In this document: piece by piece, positions 55,759 through 64,000 of the stretch
Layout of the letters: every line of letters starts with the position of its first letter
Position numbering within the stretch: the first letter of the stretch is position 1
DNA from: Epithemia pelagica
Taxonomy: Eukaryota; Protista; Bacillariophyta
Length of the DNA stretch: 64,000 nucleotides
Assembly: GCA_946965045.2 (NCBI GenBank)
Contig: OX337232.1
Location: 1,550,001-1,614,000, forward strand
Direction: 5' to 3'
Made by a program: the position numbers and the translations under genes
The notes under the pieces: model-generated
Seen by the model: the letters and a program-made list of their open reading frames with translations, nothing else
Databases searched by the model: none
What the model was told of the DNA's origin: nothing

Positions 55759-56523
55759 ATGACGAACGGCGGATTGAGATTGCGCCTCCTGGTTGTGGCT
55801 CTCGCATCTTGTCCAAATGCCTGGGCATCCGACGGTAGTGAGAGTGATTCCTCCACTGTGGACGAAAATAACACGGTTGTTCCGGATGACATTGGGCTAT
55901 GCTTGGGAGTGGCGGACGATGACAAGGAAGTTGGCCGTCACTGTAGAGATTTTGATCGTGACCAGAAAACATGCGACAACCAGATAGAAGGATGCTTCTG
56001 GATTCCTCTTCCTAGATGTGGGCAGGGTCCTTGCATTGACTTGTACACCGACGATAAAGAGACTACAAACCTCTTTATGGGGACTTTGGTTACGGCATGC
56101 TTTCTATTGGTGTGCTGCTTTGCTGGATGGGTAACGGTTGCTTGCTGCTGTTGTCTCACTTCTCGAAGAAGAAAGAGGGACAGGTTAGCTCGAAAAGAAA
56201 GAATACAAGTTCAACTAGAGCTGGAGGCAAGAAACGCTGATGTTTTCGCCGAGGATGACGAGGAACGAGTGGACGGCCTTTTTAATCACAATGCTTCCTC
56301 TGTGCATTTCGATGAGGATTTGGCGGTGAAAGATCCTGAGGCTGGCGATGGTGCAGGTACTGATGATGTTGAAACAACGACGACATCCTCGGATGATACT
56401 GCAAATTCCCATTCATCTCTTCCTACCGGAAGCCCTTCTACAGGTGGAACTCCTACTTCTACAGAAAGTGCCCCTTTGGCACCGGTTAGTGGTTCCCGAA
56501 TTGTTTCGGTTCATATATTTTGA
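55759..56523 (+). CDS. Type I membrane protein with a small Cys-rich ectodomain and a poly-Cys juxtamembrane region
   Basis: Signal peptide; 6-Cys module; TM; CCCC; basic then acidic/ST-rich tail. Confidence 0.75.
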   Translation: MTNGGLRLRLLVVALASCPNAWASDGSESDSSTVDENNTVVPDDIGLCLGVADDDKEVGRHCRDFDRDQKTCDNQIEGCFWIPLPRCGQGPCIDLYTDDKETTNLFMGTLVTACFLLVCCFAGWVTVACCCCLTSRRRKRDRLARKERIQVQLELEARNADVFAEDDEERVDGLFNHNASSVHFDEDLAVKDPEAGDGAGTDDVETTTTSSDDTANSHSSLPTGSPSTGGTPTSTESAPLAPVSGSRIVSVHIF

Positions 56524-56639
56524 GCTCACTGCCCTTAGGCTGCTGTTTCGTGTATGACGGCGCATTGAGCACACTGGAGAGGGCTTTGATTGGTTTTTGA
56601 ATTTTAATATGTACCATTAATTTAACGCTGCACTCTTGT

Positions 56640-57662
56640 TCTTTTTCGAAACGAATCAACAAAGCGATCCAGCTTCAGACGTTGTCGAATCTCATAGTCA
56701 AATTGGTCCTCATGCGACTATTGACTCCGTGTTCGTCATCCGAGAGGTTCTTTTCCTGCGAATTGGAGCAGGACCTGTCCTATTGACAAACAGTGATTCT
56801 GTGCAGTTCCAACCAAAATTTGCTGTGTCGCCTTGTTTATGTGTAGCTGGGTCTGAACCAATTATCTTCAAAGGACCACCATCTATTCATCATTACTTCA
56901 GGTTTAGTTCGCCATGTCACGATAAAATCCTGTGACGGTCAATTGCCACGTGACCAACATGTTTGCCTTTACAAGGCATCTTTGACAAAAACGACTTGGT
57001 TCTTGTTCATTAGTTTGTTGAGTGTATATTTCACTTCCTCATCAAATACCTGTATTCCGTTTAGTTGAAGCGAGCTTCGTGTTTTCGTACTTGTTTGTTG
57101 ATTTCTACCCGTGTGGCACGGAACCCAGCTTCATCGAATTCATCTACTGGAAATCCAGGTTCAAAGCATATTTCAAGGGAAATTTTACCGCCTTGGCTTG
57201 GCTCGTCCTTCCGTGTTCCATAGCCACTTCCACCCGACTTTCATCCCCGTTATTATATACGACTATTAGAGTGATATCATCCTCTTTGCAATCGAACCAG
57301 GAGCATGCATGAATGAGAAAGGAGCATCCTTGGTAAGAGATCATAACCACCAATACTGGTCGAGTGGGCTGCTCCCTTGGTAGCGAGAGGTTTCGACGTC
57401 CAATATCAGGATCATCTATAACGAGGCTCATGTGGTAGTGTGATGATCCTCTGGCTTATGCCTTGGCTTCCACACGAGGGAAACCCTCGTACTTGAGGCC
57501 CTCGTGAGTGCGCTCCATGTGTTTGTTCTCCATGCCACCCTTGTTCATGGCGAGGACTTTCTGACAAGATAATTCAATTCTGGATATTCCTTCTGCCAGG
57601 ACATCAACATCCCCACAAGGTAGCCGAGTTCCTAGCTGGTTCGGAGAATCCCAGATATCTTA
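56640..57662 (-). pseudogene. Possible decayed gene
   Basis: About 170 codons with one internal TAA (DIWDSP...EAKA*ARG...LNLDFQ), then further stop- and frameshift-ridden coding-like text; family unknown. Confidence 0.3.
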
Positions 57663-58187
57663 GAATCATTAGCAAGTGGCCTATGCGTTGAATATGGCAG
57701 AAAGACGAACGTGTGGTGGACGCCAGTGGGAAAAAAGCCGCGGTAGAACGGCGTGAGTTTCTTGCTTGTCCATGAACCGCTACTGTTGCTGCTATTGCAG
57801 GAGCTGTTGCAGAATGCCTCTTCGTCGCCGTGATGAGGATGACTGTTGGGTTGAGCAATAGGAGTTCCACGAAACACCATGCAATATCATCGTGTGTTCT
57901 GTTAGAGAACTTTTTTGGCTTGGGGAACGCTGCGAAGTACACATTTCGAATTTTTATGTGAACGATGTTGGTTCGACTCCTCCAGCTATGCTCCTTAGGG
58001 AGAAAGCTACCTGCTCCAATAAGGATTCTGGACGCCGACTGGATTAGGGTTTTCTGTGTCCGACAACAGTATCTTGTATCTTTTGGATCATGATCTGAGT
58101 GCCACACACACACTCTCTCTCTCGTTCTTGGCATTTGGTGGACGGTTGTCCATTGGACCTCTGTGAAATCCTAAAATCTATCCGACG

Positions 58188-59349
58188 ATGATGATATCAC
58201 TTATGGGCAACCATGAAAGAATATTCCTCCTCCTTCTCTTTAGCTGTGTCGTTTTACCACAAATAGATCAAGTTACGGCGCAGGACGGCCATGACAACTC
58301 ATGTACAATAAGCGCCACTGGCGAGGAAACATGTGACTTTGACAAGATCCGACTGGGATTGGAATGGTTTATGAACCCGGATCACCTCCCAATGATTGTC
58401 GCCCAGGAGCACGGGATTTTTGCTGAATTTGGTCTTGAGGTGGAGCTGGTGGAGCCAGCGGATCATTGGGAAGCAGTGGACGAAATTTTGGAAGGTCGAC
58501 TGGATATCGCTGTGACGGAACCTCTACATTTGGCACATGAGATTGCAGAAGGAAAGCCCGTTCTGGGTTTTATGCGTTTTCTTCATACAGATGGAGGAGT
58601 CATGTACAATAAGGACAGTGTGAAACGGCCATCAGACATGTGCGGCAAAACTATTAGCTACCCAGGATCTCCCGGTGAGAACAATCCACAGTCAATGATG
58701 TATACCGAAACTAGTTTACACGCTCTCATTATTTATTCATGCGTATTCAGGTCCTGGTGGTCCAGCTATCGTGAACACTATGGTCAAGGCTGACGGGAAG
58801 CTCGACTGTGCAATCGATTCGTATGGAAAGTTTAATGGAGGGTTTTATCACACAAAAGCACTACAAGAGGGCAATGCGGACGTGGCAACTCTCATATTTT
58901 GGAACTTTGAAATACCGGAAGCCCGAGCTCACAACTTGAATGTCGACTTTTTTAGTCTGAAGGAATGGGGTGTTCCAGACTTTTGCCAACTCATTTTGAT
59001 GACTACGCCCTCCGTCTTTGCAGCGAGAAAACAGTCACTTCGCAAACTTGTGTTGGCAATGCGAAAAGCCACGGCTGTGATTCATCAAACGCCTGAGATA
59101 GCAAAGGAATATTACAGAAAACGTGCTCCTGTACCTGTTAAGACAGAAGAGGGCGAGGATCAAACAGCAAGAGCTGTTCAAGAAGCAACTCTCAAGGCCA
59201 CGCTTCCTGCTTTCCCGAACGACTTCATGATGGCTTACGACTACTACACTCATTTGATGGGGTGGTTAGTTGACACCAACCAAATCACTGAACATAGCGC
59301 CAACCAAACAGATCCAACAGGCTATTGGACCAATGAGATTGCATGGTAA
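58188..59349 (+). CDS. NMT1/THI5-like family protein of the ThiY/SsuA solute-binding type, with signal peptide (exons 58188-58674, 58751-59349)
   Basis: IRLGLEWFMNPDHLP...G.F...GLEVELVEP; WNFEIPE; WGVPDFCQLIL; intron 58675-58750 yields YPGSPGPGGPAIVNTM. Confidence 0.88.
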
Positions 59350-59594
59350 CTGGTAACGTACTCCTATCATCCATTGCATGGTAAATGGTAGCCTAACAAA
59401 TACTCCGAGGAGTAAGGTTAGCATCGATATCGAAAAAATCATCAAAATTATTTGAATATTAAAGTTCTATTTAAATTTTTAAAAGATTCCCCCTTTACTT
59501 TTCTACCGCCTTACTATTTTTCTCTTGCCCCAATCACAGCAACAGTAACACTGGGAAAAGGGATAAGGATTTGCTTCCCTGATAATACGCCACA

Positions 59595-60460
59595 ATGGGT
59601 AAATACGTCCAGGTACGGAAAATACCGAGCTTGATAGAGATTCGTCAAGGAATGGTTGGATTGTCTTTGCGCTCACATTGTGATCGTGGTTTTGTTTCAT
59701 GCTGTTGTTGTAGGCGCAACGTCGGGGTAAATCTCCAATTTTTAAAGCCCATGTGCGAACACGCAAGGGTGCTGTAAAGCTTCGCGCATTTGACTATGCC
59801 GAAAAGCATGGATACATTCGTGGCGTGGTAAAGGAAATCATGCACGATCCTGGTCGTGGTGCACCCATTGCCAAGGTACAGTTTCGTAATGCCTACCGAT
59901 ACCAACGTGATTCCGAACTGTTGGTGTGCACAGAAGGCATGTATTCTGGACAGTTCATCTACTGCGGTAAGAAGGCTACTTTGACAGTCGGAAATGTCTT
60001 GCCCATATCCGCTATGCCCGAAGGAACGATCATTTGCAACGTGGAATCCAGACTGGGTGACCGTGGGACGATTGCCCGCACATCAGGTACCTACGCGATT
60101 GTAGTGACACACGATGAAGACAAAGGAACCACTCGTCTGCGTTTGCCAAGTGGCGGAAAGAAAACTGTGTCTTCCAGTGTTCGTGCCCAAATTGGTATTG
60201 TTGCCGGTGGTGGTCGAACGGATAAACCCCTTCTCAAGGCTGGTGCGGCTTACCACAAGTACGCCGTCAAACGTAACTGCTGGCCCAAGATTCGTGGTGT
60301 GGCTAAAAATCCTGTGGAGCATCCCTTCGGTGGAGGTAACCATCAACACATTGGTAAACCAAGTACTGTGAACCGAGAACGTCCCGCCGGTCGCAAAGTT
60401 GGTCTAATTGCGGCCCGCCGAACGGGACGTCTTCGTGGAAAGAAGCAGATCGAAAATTAA
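59595..60460 (+). CDS. RPL8: 60S ribosomal protein uL2/L8 (exons 59595-59612, 59714-60460)
   Basis: MGKYVQ|[10 protein letters not shown]; HDPGRGAP; [17 protein letters not shown]; [13 protein letters not shown]. Confidence 0.97.
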
Positions 60461-60861
60461 ATTGAAGCCGTCGTATTGGTACATATCCATTTCATTATTC
60501 GCCTCTACTCTAGCTCGTATAGATATCGCTGGAATTGTTGGACAATTTACGTTGAGCATTGTCGACTTTAGCTCTAGGTAGAGAAGGCTATGTGGCTCGT
60601 TGGATGGATATTTGGAGGGGTCCGTGCGACATGTGAGATATTGCTGTCGAGAATCCTGAATCAGAAGATGCGGTCCCTACTCCCTACTCCCATCATCCAT
60701 ACAGGAACACGATACATGCTTGATCTCCAGTTAGCCGACAGGTGATTTGTTAGTGAACAGCCCCGTCGAAGAATCTTGACCAAAAGCCCTATTGTCTATT
60801 CGTTGCATTCTCGACGACACGAAAACGGAAGAGATCGTCTTCTTGCTGTTCACATGGTGTT

Positions 60862-63078
60862 ATGAAACTACTGGGAATAAGAGCAGGTCAACTGCTGAGG
60901 CCAGGGCTTGGACCTTGTTTTCCTCATGAAAGGCTAAGGTGCATCCCTTGGAACAGCTTCCACAAATTCGTTGCGACCTTGAACTACCACACTTCGAGAA
61001 AGGATCAGTCTCATCAGCATGTACCAGTGACTATTGTCGGGGGTGGACCAGTTGGCCTTTTTCTGTCCAATCTACTTTCGAGTTTTCAAGTACCAAGTGT
61101 TCTTGTGGAATCGAAACCGTTGGAATCATGTTTCCTTCATCCTCAGGCTCATTTTCTCAATACACGAACGATGGAGATTCTACGGACAAACCTTCCAGCT
61201 GCGTATCAACGCGTTTTATCTGCAATGCCGCATTCTGATGAATACAAGAACTTTTGTTTTGGCTACAATCTTCGAGAGAAATACCCCTTGGCGACCGTCG
61301 TCCACCCAGTTCATCATCCCTTGCAAATGGAGCAAGATGCCAACGGGAAGTTACTTGAATCTGTTCATGATCATGGAAATGAAGAACTGGTCCAGCGCCA
61401 TGCACTCTCTCCGTGCACAGTAGGACACCTAGCACAGCACAAATTCGCAAGGATACTTTTTGAAGAATCTCTTGACGCTGCTGGTGGCTCTTACGGTGAT
61501 TTGAAGTTTGGTGTTCGAGTTGAAAGGATCACGCAGGAGAAGGTAGAGAGTGATTTACCAGGACGGCGTCTGTGGATGAATACGTCATGTGGACAATCTT
61601 GGTCGACCGATATTTGCGTTGCAGCAGATGGTGCGAGCTCAACGTTGCGACAAGCCGAAAGACTCGGGAATTACAAGGAACAGTTTCTTATCAATGTTCA
61701 TGTCAAGCTCCGGACAGATCAGTCGGAATTGATACCAAATGATTTCATGCTTTACACGGCTTTGAATGAACATGTTGTCGCTATGATTGTGTCTCATGGT
61801 GATGGCGAGTATGTTCTTCAAATCCCTTACTTTCCTCCTTACCAGGAACCTGATGTAGACTTCGCACCACACAAGGTTCTCCGAATGTTGAAGGCAGTCT
61901 TTGGTTTTCCCATTTCCAGTGAACAGGTTTTGTCGGTTCGTCCATGGACCATGACATCCTGGGTGGCTAGTCGATATCACAACAGGCAAGGACTTGTGTG
62001 GGTAGGTGATGCAGCGCATGCATTTCCACCAGCAGGGGGCTTTGGGATGAACACTGGTGTACAGGATGCACACAACTTGGCCTGGAAGATATTCGCGCTC
62101 TTGAAGGACCAAGGAGAGAACGACAATGAGTTTATGAGGCAACGAAATTATTGGCTGGACTCGTATGAACGAGAACGTCGTCCCGTAGCTGTTGAAAATG
62201 CGGCTCTATCAGTACGGAACTATGACCGCGTGTTGGCAGTCATGAATGAGTGCTATCTTAATCACAAACATCCCCAGTTTGCAAAGGACTCTCTCGACAT
62301 GATGAAAAGTTTTGTAGCCCTTGCCTCGCGACAAGAAATTTTTCGTTCGCTGTTGAAAACTGCCTTACAGCCCTTGGCATGGTTAGATTCATCATCATCT
62401 CCGTCGCTATACAGAAAACATGTACAATCCAATTTGCGACGCTTGCTCAAACACGGAGGAGGGCTCCCTCTTCTTTTCCCCAAGTTCGAGGTTGGATTTT
62501 GTTACCAAGACAAGGACCAAACAACAAACAGCCCAATAACCAGCTCCACAAAAGATCCACACATTTCGGACACATTTGCGGACACCATACTTCAAGAGAT
62601 CCAAGTTGGATGCAGGTTACCTCATGCTGCAATAACGCCACATATATCAAAGTCTTGCGGGTCGAAGGTGCCAGATTGGAGCACCATCGATTTAACAACC
62701 CGACTCACAGTTTCGCGTGAAACTTCGAATAACGTTGCTTCAGAGCTGTTTCAACCATCATGGGTGCTACTGGTTTTTGATTCTAACATGGCGGGAGAAC
62801 AGATCGAATTCTGGGAGGGCATCCGGCAAAACCTGGAACACACCTCTCGACTGTCAACCCAAACCGTATACCTGAACAACCACTCGACCTATTCTGACGT
62901 GGAAGACAATGAACAAACACAAAGGTATCCTAACCATCACGCTTTTGTATTTAATACACGAGAAAATGCACTTGTCGGTGTAAATGGGGTTGCGCTTGTC
63001 CGACCGGACGGCCACGTCGCGGCTTATTTCCAAGACATGGATGGTGTTCAAGAAAATCTGTTGGCTGCTCTTCGCTGA
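60862..63078 (+). CDS. FAD-dependent aromatic monooxygenase (FAD_binding_3; 2,4-dichlorophenol hydroxylase-like)
   Basis: IVGGGPVG; AADGASS; GDAAHAFPPAGGFGMNTGVQDAHNLAWK; C-terminal LVRPDGHVA. Confidence 0.9.
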   Translation: MKLLGIRAGQLLRPGLGPCFPHERLRCIPWNSFHKFVATLNYHTSRKDQSHQHVPVTIVGGGPVGLFLSNLLSSFQVPSVLVESKPLESCFLHPQAHFLNTRTMEILRTNLPAAYQRVLSAMPHSDEYKNFCFGYNLREKYPLATVVHPVHHPLQMEQDANGKLLESVHDHGNEELVQRHALSPCTVGHLAQHKFARILFEESLDAAGGSYGDLKFGVRVERITQEKVESDLPGRRLWMNTSCGQSWSTDICVAADGASSTLRQAERLGNYKEQFLINVHVKLRTDQSELIPNDFMLYTALNEHVVAMIVSHGDGEYVLQIPYFPPYQEPDVDFAPHKVLRMLKAVFGFPISSEQVLSVRPWTMTSWVASRYHNRQGLVWVGDAAHAFPPAGGFGMNTGVQDAHNLAWKIFALLKDQGENDNEFMRQRNYWLDSYERERRPVAVENAALSVRNYDRVLAVMNECYLNHKHPQFAKDSLDMMKSFVALASRQEIFRSLLKTALQPLAWLDSSSSPSLYRKHVQSNLRRLLKHGGGLPLLFPKFEVGFCYQDKDQTTNSPITSSTKDPHISDTFADTILQEIQVGCRLPHAAITPHISKSCGSKVPDWSTIDLTTRLTVSRETSNNVASELFQPSWVLLVFDSNMAGEQIEFWEGIRQNLEHTSRLSTQTVYLNNHSTYSDVEDNEQTQRYPNHHAFVFNTRENALVGVNGVALVRPDGHVAAYFQDMDGVQENLLAALR

Positions 63079-63350
63079 AACTTCGGTTTTCTGCTTTACT
63101 TACGTCGACATGAAAGAGTACTACATGTCAGAACATCATGTTTCCATGGGGTAGGGAAAAACACAAGTTACACTTTAACACCTGCATTTCAGTGCTGAGT
63201 TCCCAATTCCAGTATGAATTCCTGAATTATATGAAGGTTCATTCGAACAATCATAAGATTTGCAACTGCCAAGACCCTGTAGTTTTTAATTCTTCCCAGG
63301 GACGACACACGTCACGATGAAACAGTGAACAATGACATTACGTGACTCTA

Positions 63351-64000
63351 TCAAATCCTCTCCATGACACAAGTCTGCAATGACATGATGTTGTAAGATG
63401 TCATCAACTGAGCCACAATGAGGACTGCCACAAGGAAGAAAATTATGCGATACGCCTGGTCCAGTTTCGTAACAAGTTGTGATACAACTGCTTCCAGCTT
63501 GCCAACGTCGGTGAAGTGAGCCGATTCGTGTGACTGACTGAGCTTCCCGCTTGTATCTTGACGAAGAGCCGCCTGAACCATATCCACATAGCCCGCAATC
63601 CATTCTTTCGTTTCCTTACGTACTGACTTCTGAATAATGTTACGAAAGATTGACCGCTTTTTGAATTTGACGTCATACCTGACAGACAGCTGTAATTGAC
63701 TTTCATTTGTAACCTCGAGCAACCATAAATCCTGAACGAAGAAACAATCGGCCGCGGGAATACCTTCGACAAACGTTCGGTTCTCGAGCGCCATACCAAT
63801 CCCCTCAAATTTCCGAAGACGCTGTTGGCGAGATGTGCGGGCCGAGGAAGGTCCAATACCAAGGGAGTTCTTTATGGGATGCGTAAAAGTGATTGTACGG
63901 CGAAAATCGCCATCAGACCCGATATCCCAACCAGTGATCTCCACTTCCTGGTCCTTCACATACTCCTTTTGATAATAGTCTAATGAAAACTGTGCATCTT
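63351..64000 (-). CDS. VASt (Aster/GRAMD1-type) sterol-transfer domain protein, 5' end outside the window
   Basis: ITGW...RRTITFTHP; EGIPAADCFFVQDLW; V.F.K.SIFRNIIQKS; C-terminal TM; the frame stays open to the window edge. Confidence 0.8.
   Translation of the reverse strand, partial: DAQFSLDYYQKEYVKDQEVEITGWDIGSDGDFRRTITFTHPIKNSLGIGPSSARTSRQQRLRKFEGIGMALENRTFVEGIPAADCFFVQDLWLLEVTNESQLQLSVRYDVKFKKRSIFRNIIQKSVRKETKEWIAGYVDMVQAALRQDTSGKLSQSHESAHFTDVGKLEAVVSQLVTKLDQAYRIIFFLVAVLIVAQLMTSYNIMSLQTCVMERI

Noticed and set aside
59613-59713. snoRNAs in the RPL8, TRM112 or TCTP introns
   Set aside because: No box C/D pair or H/ACA arrangement is visible.

Overview
Eukaryotic nuclear DNA, most likely from a pennate diatom. 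This is inferred from compact genes, 65-160 nt GT-AG introns with GTAAGT/GTACGT donors, and signal peptide + ASAFAP-like plastid presequences. About 30 protein-coding genes are present. Recognisable housekeeping genes: PRP16, a BASS transporter, WDR24, TRM112, TCTP, INTS1, MTFP1, SRP54, an ABC1 kinase, primase large subunit and RPL8. Enzymes and surface proteins: a 2OG oxygenase, an FAD monooxygenase, a Methyltransf_24 protein, a membrane trypsin and a pectin-lyase-fold/Pro-Ser protein. No rRNA, tRNA or CRISPR array was found by eye. Features not explained by the ORF track: (1) a nested pair of DNA-transposon derivatives at 14.4-16.1 kb (a TA-flanked Stowaway/mariner deletion derivative inside an element with 30-bp inverted repeats); (2) a C2-domain locus where a full-length gene sits beside two head-to-head genes matching its N- and C-terminal halves; (3) a head-to-head palindromic pair of GGCT-fold genes with a patchwork of identity suggesting gene conversion; (4) a signal-peptide-bearing ThiY-like (not THI5-like) protein; (5) an apparent 40-nt intron in INTS1; (6) a myristoylation-motif gene broken by one in-frame stop; (7) a LINE 3'-end relic; (8) a membrane protease next to a protease-less gene of similar architecture. 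All family assignments come from motif recall; no database search was run.
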